Shown here one piece after another: positions 51,270-60,170 of a stretch of DNA of 64,000 nucleotides. Within the stretch, counting starts at the first letter, position 1. Every line of letters begins with the position of its first letter. The DNA is taken from the NCBI GenBank assembly GCA_963792585.1, contig CAWBWI010000001.1, forward strand, positions 512,001 to 576,000, in the 5' to 3' direction. This stretch comes from Candidatus Eiseniibacteriota bacterium (GTDB lineage Bacteria; Eisenbacteria; RBG-16-71-46; CAIMUX01; VGJL01). Under the pieces are notes generated by a model. It was given only the letters and a program-made list of their open reading frames with translations, had not been told where the DNA came from and did not search any database. The translations under genes and the position numbers were made by a program.

Positions 51270-51303
51270 GGCACGTCTCTTGCCCCGCACTCGGGCAGGG
51301 AGA

Positions 51304-52341
51304 ATGCCGATGGAGCAGAACGTGAGCCCGGCGGCGGAGGGTCCCTTCGTCCGCCTCCTACTCGAAACGGTGGACCTCGGCGGCGAAGGGGAGTCCCGTT
51401 CCCGCGAGAGGCAGCTCGCCGAGGCATGTCGCCTCTTCGAGGCGGATGTCCTCTATACGGTGACGCCGGTCGATCGGGGTTGGTGCAAGACCGCCTTCGG
51501 TCCGGACGGAGCCGTTGGAGAATCGAAGACGGACCGCCTGACCGGCATCGTCCGCAACGTCCTGACGCGGCGAAGCGGGTTCCTCGAGTCGCGCCTCGCT
51601 GCGCGGGGCGCCTTCCACCGGCATCGCGACGGATGGCCGGGGATCGACACCGGATCCTACATCGCCGTGCCCCTGCAACGCCGCGGCCATGGCCACGGCG
51701 CCCTCGTCTTGCTCCGCTCGACGCTCCGGCCCAGTTTCGTGGCCGATGACCTTCGCCGGGCGGAGTCGTTCGCGGCCGCACTGACCGTGCGGGCCGATGT
51801 CGCTGAGAAGATCGCCGAACTCGGTCGCATGGCCCGCACCGACCCGCTCACGCGCCTTGCGAACTACCGCTGCCTCCGGGAGGAGTTGGCCCGCGCGTTC
51901 CACACGGGCGACCATCTCGGCGAGTCGTTTGCCATCATCATGGTGGACGTCGACAACCTGCGCCGGGTCAACGATCGATTCGGCCACCTCGCGGGCAGCG
52001 AGATCCTGCGCCGCTTCGCCCGGGTCCTGGAACGCAACGTGCGCGCGGGGGATATGGTGGCCAAGTACGGGGGCGACGAGTTCATCGTCCTCCTGCACGA
52101 GACGACGCGGGAGGAAGCGGTGGCCGTCTCCGAGCGGATCCGGGAGGCAGTCGGTCGGGACGTTTCGGGCGTGAAGCCGAAGGACCGCGTCTCCTGCAGT
52201 TGCGGGATCGCCCTCTTCCCGGAGGATGGGTCCGACTACGCGAGCCTGATCACCGCCGCGGACCGGGCGCTCGTCCGCGCGAAGATGGGCGGACGAGATC
52301 CCGGCAGCGTCGAGGAGCCGGAGCAGAGACGCGCGGCATGA
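51304..52341 (+). CDS. GAF-GGDEF diguanylate cyclase
   Basis: GAF-like SYIAVPL..GALVL; TDPLT, DVDNL..VNDRFGHLAGS, RAGD I-site, intact GGDEF. Confidence 0.92.
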   Translation: MPMEQNVSPAAEGPFVRLLLETVDLGGEGESRSRERQLAEACRLFEADVLYTVTPVDRGWCKTAFGPDGAVGESKTDRLTGIVRNVLTRRSGFLESRLAARGAFHRHRDGWPGIDTGSYIAVPLQRRGHGHGALVLLRSTLRPSFVADDLRRAESFAAALTVRADVAEKIAELGRMARTDPLTRLANYRCLREELARAFHTGDHLGESFAIIMVDVDNLRRVNDRFGHLAGSEILRRFARVLERNVRAGDMVAKYGGDEFIVLLHETTREEAVAVSERIREAVGRDVSGVKPKDRVSCSCGIALFPEDGSDYASLITAADRALVRAKMGGRDPGSVEEPEQRRAA

Positions 52342-52464
52342 CGCCGGCGCCCTCCGGTCTCCGCCCCCGTCCGGTGCTCCCCTCCCGGGCGGGGGCTTTC
52401 CATTTCCATCGCAACTTGCTGTGGTACGATCCTCTGTACGGGGCTCTGCCGGAACGGGGGCCGG

Positions 52465-55400
52465 ATGATGAAGAAGCATAGCCTTGGAGTGGTGCTCGCC
52501 ATGGTGCTCGCGCTCGTGGGAATCGGGCGGGAGGCCCAGGGCTTCGGCCAGAACAAGGTCCAGTACCGCAAGCTCGAGTGGCGTACCCTTCACACGACCC
52601 ACTTCGATGTCTACTTCTACGAGGGGGAGCAGGAGGCCGCGACCGACGCGGCCCGCATGGCCGAGCGGGCCTACAAGCGCCTCTCGACCATCCTCGACCA
52701 CCAGATCCGCGAGAAGGTGCCGCTGATCCTCTACGCGTCGCAGTCCGACTTCCAAGCGACCAACGTCAGCGAGGGCTTGATCTCCGAGGGCACCGGGGGC
52801 TTCACCGACTTTTCCAAGCGGCGGGTCACGATCCCCTTCACGGGCGGCTATGGCGACCTCGACCACGTCCTGACGCACGAGCTGGTCCACGCCTTCCAGA
52901 TGGACATCCTCTTCGGGAGCGGCGACCGCGGCATGGCAAATCCCTTCGGCGCGTACACCCCGCCCCTCTGGTTCATGGAGGGGATGGCGGAGTACCTCTC
53001 CGTGACGAAGGTCGACAACCTGACGCAAATGTGGCTGCGCGACGGCGCGCTGCAGGGCTACCTGATCCCGCTGCGCATCCTCGACATGACCTATGACATC
53101 CGGGTCTACCGCTACGGCCAGTCGATCTTCGGATACATCGGGAAGACCTTCGGAGACGAGCGGATCGGGGACTTGCTCAAGCGTCTCGCGCGCACGCGGG
53201 ACACGAACCGCGCCTTCCAGGACGTCCTGGGCATCAAGATCGACAAGTTCAGCGACGACTGGATGACCGACGTCCGCAAGACCTACCTGCCCCAGATCCT
53301 GGACTACCAGGAGCCGGAGGAGATCGCGCGCAAGCTGACCAACACCGAGCGCGACCTGTCCAGCTATTACCTCGCGCCCGCCGTCTCGCCCGACGGCTCG
53401 CAGATGGTCTCCATCTCGGATCGCTCGCTCTACAACGATCTCTACCTCGCGAGCGCACTCGACGGGAGGGTCGAGCGGCGGCTGATCAAGGGGGACCGCG
53501 CCGAGCAGTTCGAGTCACTTCGATTCCTCAACGCATCGATGGACTTCTCTCCGGACGGGCGCTCGATCACCTTCGCGGCCAAGGCGGGCAAGAGCGACGC
53601 GATCTACATCCAGCGGCTCGAGGACGGGCAGATCATCCGGAAGATCCGCTTCAAGCTGGAGGGGCTCGCGAATCCCTCCTTCTCGCCCGACGGGAAGACG
53701 ATCGTCTTCGTGGGCCTGGACGGCGGCCGCAGCGACCTCTTCCAGTGTCACACCGACGGCTCGGGCTTCCAGCGGCTCACGAACGACCGATACCTTGCGC
53801 AATCGCCCCGCTACTCCCCGGATGGAAAGTCGATCCTCTTCGTGACCGATCAGGACTCGACGACGGACTTCGCGAACCTGATCTTCGCCGAGCCGCGCGT
53901 GGCGATCCTCGATCTGGCCTCGGGCGTGGTCCGATCCTTGCCCAACATGGCGGGGATCAACACCGCGCCGCACTTCTTCCCCGACGGCCGGCACATCCTC
54001 TACATCTCCGACCGCACCGGCATCCCGAATCTCTATATCCGAGACCTGGAGACGCAGCGCGACGCGCGGATCACCAACGTGATGAACGGGGTCAACGGGA
54101 TCATCCCGCTCGCCCCCGCCGCGAGCCTCTCCCGCGACGGCCACCGGGTCGTCTTCTCGTCGTTCCGAAGGGGATCGTGGGACCTCTTCGCGATCAAGGA
54201 CCCCCTCTCTCTTGCGCGTTTCGACGAGCCCGTGATCGCCGCCGCGCCCGCCGAGAAGGCCGTCGAACAGGCCGTCAAGATCGAGCCGAGTCCTCCCGAC
54301 ACCACCGGAGTGGCCGCCCATCGGCGTCTGCTCCTCCCCGCGTCGATCGAAAGCCTCGCCGCGCTTCCTCCGACCGGCGACTTCGCCCTTCTGAGGCATC
54401 CGAGAAAAGTGGCAGAGGCCCCGTCCGCGACCTCGTTGATCGACGAGGATGCCCCGATGAAGGTTGGAGAGGTCTTCCGACTGAATCGCGCGTTACCCGA
54501 TACCGCGGGGTTCACATTCGATCGGTACCACGTTCGGTTCACCGTCGACTACGCCTCGGCCGCGGGCTTCTATGCGTCGAACGTCGGCGTCGCCGCGCAA
54601 ACGGTTCTTTCCTTCTCCGACGTGCTCGGCAACAACAACCTGCTCGTCGGCGCGGACGTCTACGGCTCGCTGTCCGATTCGAATCTATTGCTCCAGTACG
54701 TGAACCGGGCCCGACGGAACAACTACGGTTTCGCGCTCTTCCAGTATCGGGACGACTTCCTCCTCTCGACGGCGGCGAACTCCGATGAGTACGTGAGCCA
54801 GATCTACCGGGGAGTCGATCTGCTCGTCGCCCGTCCGTTCAGTCGATTCCGCAGAATCGAGTTCAACATCGAGGGCCTCTCGGTCGACGAACAGGTCTTC
54901 CGCCAGGCCTACTACGGCGACGGAATCTACGACATCACCCGCACGCAACGGTCGCACCTCTACTTCGTGCGACCGGGAGTCGGTCTGGTCACCGACAACG
55001 TCCTCTGGGGCGTCACCGGTCCGATCAGCGGGGGGAGAAGCAGCTACAGCGTCGACGTGGCGCTCGGCGATCTCCAGAATTCCCGCTGGGTTGCCGATCG
55101 GCGCAGCTACCTCAACATCCGTCAACGGTATGTGCTGGCGTTTCGCGCCATCGCCGCGACGAGCCACGGACGCGATCCCCAGGTCTTCCGGATCGGCGGA
55201 CCGTACACGGTGCACGGCGTCGACTACGGGGACATGCCCGGGAGCAACGTCGCCCTCGCAAACTTCGAGTTCCGCTTCCCGCTGATCGAGACGCTCGAGC
55301 TCGGTTGGCCGCTGCCCCTGGGATTCCGGGGGATCCGGGGCAATCTGTTCTTCGACGCCGGATCCGCATGGCGGAAGAACAGCGCGTGGCGCGCCTTTGA

Positions 55401-55566
55401 CCGTCGTGATGGATGGCGGCTGGGGGACATCGTGGCCTCCTACGGGGTCGGCATGGCGCTGAACGTGGGCATCGCGGTCCTGCGATGGGACGTCGCCTGG
55501 CGGACCGACCTGCGGGACAACCTCGGCGAGCCGCGGGGGACGCTCTCCCTGGGCGGGGATTTCTAG
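52465..55566 (+). CDS. Zn-peptidase-like + TolB/PD40 beta-propeller + Omp85-type beta-barrel protein
   Basis: Signal peptide; FGQNKVQY, HELVH..WFMEGMAEY; repeated SPDG units; beta-strand C-terminus (NFEFRFPL, FFDAG) ending in Phe. Confidence 0.85.
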   Translation: MMKKHSLGVVLAMVLALVGIGREAQGFGQNKVQYRKLEWRTLHTTHFDVYFYEGEQEAATDAARMAERAYKRLSTILDHQIREKVPLILYASQSDFQATNVSEGLISEGTGGFTDFSKRRVTIPFTGGYGDLDHVLTHELVHAFQMDILFGSGDRGMANPFGAYTPPLWFMEGMAEYLSVTKVDNLTQMWLRDGALQGYLIPLRILDMTYDIRVYRYGQSIFGYIGKTFGDERIGDLLKRLARTRDTNRAFQDVLGIKIDKFSDDWMTDVRKTYLPQILDYQEPEEIARKLTNTERDLSSYYLAPAVSPDGSQMVSISDRSLYNDLYLASALDGRVERRLIKGDRAEQFESLRFLNASMDFSPDGRSITFAAKAGKSDAIYIQRLEDGQIIRKIRFKLEGLANPSFSPDGKTIVFVGLDGGRSDLFQCHTDGSGFQRLTNDRYLAQSPRYSPDGKSILFVTDQDSTTDFANLIFAEPRVAILDLASGVVRSLPNMAGINTAPHFFPDGRHILYISDRTGIPNLYIRDLETQRDARITNVMNGVNGIIPLAPAASLSRDGHRVVFSSFRRGSWDLFAIKDPLSLARFDEPVIAAAPAEKAVEQAVKIEPSPPDTTGVAAHRRLLLPASIESLAALPPTGDFALLRHPRKVAEAPSATSLIDEDAPMKVGEVFRLNRALPDTAGFTFDRYHVRFTVDYASAAGFYASNVGVAAQTVLSFSDVLGNNNLLVGADVYGSLSDSNLLLQYVNRARRNNYGFALFQYRDDFLLSTAANSDEYVSQIYRGVDLLVARPFSRFRRIEFNIEGLSVDEQVFRQAYYGDGIYDITRTQRSHLYFVRPGVGLVTDNVLWGVTGPISGGRSSYSVDVALGDLQNSRWVADRRSYLNIRQRYVLAFRAIAATSHGRDPQVFRIGGPYTVHGVDYGDMPGSNVALANFEFRFPLIETLELGWPLPLGFRGIRGNLFFDAGSAWRKNSAWRAFDRRDGWRLGDIVASYGVGMALNVGIAVLRWDVAWRTDLRDNLGEPRGTLSLGGDF

Positions 55567-55569
55567 GGG

Positions 55570-57531
55570 GTGGAGTCGCCTCGAATCCAGAGGACGATTC
55601 TTTCACCGATCGCCTGCGCGCTTCTCGCCATTCTCCTGCGCCTCTGGCTCCCGGTTTCGCCGGGGGCCGCCGATCCGTGGCTCGCCGGCGCGAACTCGCT
55701 TCAGGGGATCTCCGTCCCGGGGGAGGGAGGCGCCACGCGCACCGACCTGGTCGTCTCCGTCCCGCTGGTCGTCGTGCAGAACGCTGCGTACGTGATCGCG
55801 CGGGCGACGGGCCGGGCGGAGGGCGTGAGCGCCGGAGCGTGGATTCGCGCGCATACCGCGGCCGGGGAGGTCTTCTTGCGCCTCGTGTGGCTGGTCGCCG
55901 CTGCGGGCGCGGCTTTTCTCGCCGCGCGGGCGATGCGGGGGCCGCGCTGGGCCGCGCTCGCGGGGACGCTCGTCGCGCTTGCGCCCATCGGCCTCGTCGG
56001 CACGCAACGTCTGGAAGGATGGGCGCTCGCCTCGTTCTTCATCCTGATCGGCTTGCGACCCGCGCGAGCCTGGATTGCAGCGTTGAGTTGGAGCATCGCC
56101 CTTTCCCTCTCGCCGCTTGCCTGGATCGCGGCGGTCGCGGGGCTGATCGCCGGGCCCCGCGATCGGCGGCTTCCGATCCTCGTGAGCATTCCCGTCTGGT
56201 TCGCTCTCGCTCCCGCGAGACTGCTCTCTCCTGTCAGTGCCGTCTTCGATGTTCCCAAGCAGATCGCCGCGGCGGGGTGGCCCGGGTGGGGGGACGGCCC
56301 CGCAGGCCGTGGACTGATCGCGGCATGGACGCCGGGTGTGGTGGTCCTCGCGCTGGGCCTCATCCTCTGGCTTCGGATTCGGCGGCGGCCGGAATACCTC
56401 GCCGCGCTCGTTTCCGTCGCCGCGCTCTGGATCGTCCCGGCCGCGGTCGGTGCGCGACGTCCGGAAGCGATCGGCTCGATCGCCCCGGTCGCGATCGTTC
56501 TGGCCGTTCTCGGAGCGCAGGAGGTTTGCGCGCGGGCGCGGCGCGGTCGCACCTGGATCGGCGTCGCCCTGGCCGTCGCCCTGCTCACGCCGGGCTTGAT
56601 CGGCGCGGCCGGCACGGCGCGCGCCCTGTCCGGGAAGCGGGACCGCACCGAGGAAGTCGGACGGCTCATCGCCCGTGAGCTGGGCCGGGATGGCAGGCTG
56701 GCGCGGGATCCGGACGCGCCGGCGCCCCCCGATTCGATCGCCTGCTTCACGCTTCCGAAGAGCGCCGATCGGGTCGACGCATGGGACTTTGCCTGGTGGC
56801 CCGGTTGGTATGCCGACTTCACCCACCTGTTGATTCGCGCGGGCACCATCGAGGCGATCGAGCGCGATCCGGGCGGACGACCCATCGGCCGGGCGATGCT
56901 GGCCGCGCTCTCGAGGCATGCGGAGCGGGTGGGGGCGGTCGGAGATCCGGCCACCGAACGTTCCGCGGTGCTGCTGTTCCGATTGCGGCCGGGTCCTCCC
57001 TGGGATGCGCCGGATCGTGCGGCGGCGTGGACATCGGCGCCGGCGGCGCCCGAGGCGGCGCGCTTCGTCGGAGACCTTGCGGCTTTCCTGAGCGCTCATG
57101 GACGGACGGAGAGCGCCGTCGCCACGTTCCGCTTGGCGCTTCGGTGGGACGACGCCAACCCCCATCTCTGGAACAACCTGGGATCGACTCTTCTCTTGAT
57201 GGATGAACCCAAGGAGGCGGCGGCGGCCTACCTCGATGGACTTCGAAGGAATCCCGGGTCGGTCGAACTCCGGTACGGGCTCGCTCGGGCCTACCTCCAG
57301 GGGAAGATCCCTGGACGCGCCGAGGTCGAGTTGCGAAAGGTCCTCGCCATGAGCCCGAACTTCGCGGGGGCGCACTACGAGATGGCCCGGATCGCGGCGG
57401 CCAATGAGGACTGGGCCGAGGCTGCGAGGGGCCTCGAGGACTACCTCGCGAACGAACCGAATCCCCCCGATCGGGCGGGTGTCGAGGCGGCGCTTGCCGA
57501 GGCGCGTCGGCGGGCGGCGATCCGGCGATGA
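55570..57531 (+). CDS. Multi-pass membrane protein with C-terminal TPRs
   Basis: About 9-10 hydrophobic segments, then TPRs (WNNLG, YGLARAY, HYEMA). Confidence 0.7.
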   Translation: MESPRIQRTILSPIACALLAILLRLWLPVSPGAADPWLAGANSLQGISVPGEGGATRTDLVVSVPLVVVQNAAYVIARATGRAEGVSAGAWIRAHTAAGEVFLRLVWLVAAAGAAFLAARAMRGPRWAALAGTLVALAPIGLVGTQRLEGWALASFFILIGLRPARAWIAALSWSIALSLSPLAWIAAVAGLIAGPRDRRLPILVSIPVWFALAPARLLSPVSAVFDVPKQIAAAGWPGWGDGPAGRGLIAAWTPGVVVLALGLILWLRIRRRPEYLAALVSVAALWIVPAAVGARRPEAIGSIAPVAIVLAVLGAQEVCARARRGRTWIGVALAVALLTPGLIGAAGTARALSGKRDRTEEVGRLIARELGRDGRLARDPDAPAPPDSIACFTLPKSADRVDAWDFAWWPGWYADFTHLLIRAGTIEAIERDPGGRPIGRAMLAALSRHAERVGAVGDPATERSAVLLFRLRPGPPWDAPDRAAAWTSAPAAPEAARFVGDLAAFLSAHGRTESAVATFRLALRWDDANPHLWNNLGSTLLLMDEPKEAAAAYLDGLRRNPGSVELRYGLARAYLQGKIPGRAEVELRKVLAMSPNFAGAHYEMARIAAANEDWAEAARGLEDYLANEPNPPDRAGVEAALAEARRRAAIRR

Positions 57532-58544
57532 CGCGACCCGCCCTGCTCGTCATTCTGCCCAGCTGGGTGGGGGACGGGGCCCTCGCCGCCCCGAGCGTGC
57601 GGGCCCTTCAGGCCGCTGGTCCCGAGAGAAGGCTCCTTCTTCTCGGGACGCATCGCAGCGCGCCGCTCTTTGGCCGGTGGCCCTCGGATGCTGTGTTGCA
57701 GTGGGAAGGTCGGGGGGTGGGCGCGACGGCGCGGATGGCCTCTCGCCTGCGGTTGCTCGGCGCAGAGGAAGCCCTGATTCTCGCCCCGTCCTTCCGTTCG
57801 GCGCTCGTTGCGCGGCTGGCGGGGATCCCGCGTCGAATCGGCTATGACTCGGACCATCGCGGGTTTCTCCTGAGCGAACGACTGCGGGCGCCGGGGCGCG
57901 ACGCGCACCTCGCGGGGCAGTACCTGACGCTCGCGGTTCGGCTCGGCGCCGATCCGGACTCGCCGATGGATGCCGCAATCCCCGTTGGGTCCGATGAAGA
58001 CGCGCGCGCCGAACTCCGCCTGCGCGCGCTCGACCTCGACGGAGGGTCGACCGTGGCCCTCTGTCCCGGGGCGACCTATGGGGAGACGAAACGCTGGCCG
58101 GTGGAGCACTGGGTGGGCCTCGCGCGCCGGCTTGCCGCGGAGGGGGACTCGCTCCTCGTCCTGGGGGGAGCCGATGAGCGGACGATCGCGGGGCGGATCC
58201 TCGATGCTGTCGGGGCGGCGGCCCGCAGTCTGGCGGGGGATCTCTCGCTGCGGGAGAGCCTCGCGATCCTGGGACGCCTGTCCGGGGCGGTGAGCAATGA
58301 CTCGGGCGCGATGCACCTCGCGGCCGCCGCGAGCTGCCCGGTCCTGGGTCTTTTCGGTTCGACCAATCCGATCTGGACGGGACCGCTCGGCGCCCGCTCG
58401 CGCGCGATCACCCTGCGCCTGCACTGCTCACCGTGCTACGCGAAGAGCTGCCCAACGCAGATCGAGTGCTTGCGCGATCTGGATCCCGCGCGGGTCGCGG
58501 ATGCGTTCAGCATGATCCGCAAGCGAAAGGAGGCGGGCGCTTGA
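57528..58544 (+). CDS. waaF: Lipopolysaccharide heptosyltransferase II (GT9)
   Basis: PSWVGD, SFRSA, RRIGY, PGATYGETKRWP, SNDSGAMHLAAA, LFGST. Confidence 0.9.
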   Translation: MTRPALLVILPSWVGDGALAAPSVRALQAAGPERRLLLLGTHRSAPLFGRWPSDAVLQWEGRGVGATARMASRLRLLGAEEALILAPSFRSALVARLAGIPRRIGYDSDHRGFLLSERLRAPGRDAHLAGQYLTLAVRLGADPDSPMDAAIPVGSDEDARAELRLRALDLDGGSTVALCPGATYGETKRWPVEHWVGLARRLAAEGDSLLVLGGADERTIAGRILDAVGAAARSLAGDLSLRESLAILGRLSGAVSNDSGAMHLAAAASCPVLGLFGSTNPIWTGPLGARSRAITLRLHCSPCYAKSCPTQIECLRDLDPARVADAFSMIRKRKEAGA

Positions 58545-59119
58545 CAGGCCTGCAGAAGGCCGTCTTCCTCGATCGGGACGGCACGTTGATCGATCTCGTG
58601 CCCTATCTTCACGACCCCGCCGGAGTGCGCCTCGTTCCGGGCGCCGCGGCGGCGCTCCGCAGGCTGGGCGCGGCGGGCTGGGCCCGCGTCCTTGTGACCA
58701 ACCAGTCCGGCGTCGCCCGCGGCTACTACACGCTCCAAGACGTCGAGCGCGTCCACGCCCGTGTGCTGGAACTCCTCCGCGCCGAAGGGGTCGACCTCGA
58801 AGCCATCGAGATCTGTCCCCACCATCCCGAGCACGGCTCGCCGTGCGATTGCCGCAAGCCCGCCCCGGGGATGCTCACCCGCGCGGCCGCGCGGCTCGGG
58901 ATCGATCCGCGCCGTTCGTGGGTCATCGGAGATCGCTGGGAGGACGTCGCCGCGGGAGCGCCCCTTGGCTGCCGGGGGATCCTCGTGCTGACCGGGTATG
59001 GACGGGAGCAGCTGGCGGATGGCGCGGATCCTGCGCTCGCCGGCGCAACCGCGGTTGCGGAGGATCTGGCCGCAGCCGTGGATCGGATCCTTGTGCTGGA
59101 GACGGCGGGGGGTCCCTGA
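58541..59119 (+). CDS. gmhB: D-glycero-manno-heptose 1,7-bisphosphate phosphatase (HAD IIIA)
   Basis: FLDRDGTL, TNQSGVARG, CPHHP..CDCRKPAPGM, IGDR. Confidence 0.92.
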   Translation: MTGLQKAVFLDRDGTLIDLVPYLHDPAGVRLVPGAAAALRRLGAAGWARVLVTNQSGVARGYYTLQDVERVHARVLELLRAEGVDLEAIEICPHHPEHGSPCDCRKPAPGMLTRAAARLGIDPRRSWVIGDRWEDVAAGAPLGCRGILVLTGYGREQLADGADPALAGATAVAEDLAAAVDRILVLETAGGP

Positions 59120-59125
59120 GCGCCG

Positions 59126-60160
59126 CTAGCGGGGGACGAGCCGGTAGGCCGGCGCCTGGGGGGAGTAGGCCCACCGTTCCTCGGTTCCCTTGGGGACGGG
59201 AAGGCCGGTGGCCTCCAGATCGGCAAGCTGCGCGGGGTAGGCGCCGGTGCGATACCGGTGGACTTCGATCATCCGGCGCAGATCGGTTTCCTCCCAGCGG
59301 GTGCCCGTCTCTCGCCAGGCCGTCTGGTCGGTCTGCAGCCTGCGACCCAGCCAGGAACTGCCGATCCCGATCGCAAGCAGGATCAGCAGGGTGACGAGCG
59401 CCGGAGAGCGGCGCAGCGTCTCGCGGTTGCTCGAGGGAGCGACCGTAGCCGGCCGCATCGACTCCAGAATCTGGATCCAGCCGCTCTCGATTCCGTCGGC
59501 GATCGCCTGATAGATCTCGTGCTCGCCCAGGCGCGTGGCCTCGACGATCTGCGCGATCGTCCTTCGTCCGTCGATCTGGCGCAGGATCGCGCGCCGGAGC
59601 GGATCGCTCGAGATCATGGTCTCATCGGACGCAGCGAGGCACGGCACACTCCCCTCGGGCAGGCTTCCTTGCTTGTACGACGCGAGCTCGTCGAGTCGAC
59701 GCATCGCGTCGATCAGGATCTCTTCGATCGACAGTCCGGGAGAGAAGACCGGCTCGATCGGCTCGGGGGGGAGCATGACGAAGTGGCCCTTCTCCCACAG
59801 CAACAGCCGATCGATCGTCGCCTCCGCGGCGCGGCGGTAGGCTTGCTCACATGTGTCGCGTTCGATGCGGGGAATCTCGAGGGAGACGGTCCATAGGTCG
59901 CGATCGGCGTCTCGGACTTGCTCCGCCAGATGCATCGCGTCGTGGGGCGATATGTGGCCAAGGCCGATCAGCGTCTCCAAGTAAGGCTCACCGACGGCGG
60001 CGTGGCGGCGGTGCGCGGCGCGCATGAGCCCCTCTTCGAAGTGAAGGTGGATCTCCTGATCGCCCGACTCGATTCGGAGCGTCACGGTCTTCCGCTGCGA
60101 GCCGATGAGCTGTAGCACTTCGAGGGCGGAGAGTTCGCGGAGGCTTCCCTGAACAGGCAT
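59126..60160 (-). CDS. DUF4388-domain membrane-anchored protein
   Basis: GSLRELSALEVLQLI..KT..L, WEKGHF, LIDAMRRLDE, wHTH-like IDGRRTIAQI, TM, then YRTGAYPAQLADL. Confidence 0.78.
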   Translation of the reverse strand: MPVQGSLRELSALEVLQLIGSQRKTVTLRIESGDQEIHLHFEEGLMRAAHRRHAAVGEPYLETLIGLGHISPHDAMHLAEQVRDADRDLWTVSLEIPRIERDTCEQAYRRAAEATIDRLLLWEKGHFVMLPPEPIEPVFSPGLSIEEILIDAMRRLDELASYKQGSLPEGSVPCLAASDETMISSDPLRRAILRQIDGRRTIAQIVEATRLGEHEIYQAIADGIESGWIQILESMRPATVAPSSNRETLRRSPALVTLLILLAIGIGSSWLGRRLQTDQTAWRETGTRWEETDLRRMIEVHRYRTGAYPAQLADLEATGLPVPKGTEERWAYSPQAPAYRLVPR

Positions 60161-60170
60161 CCGTCTCCTC

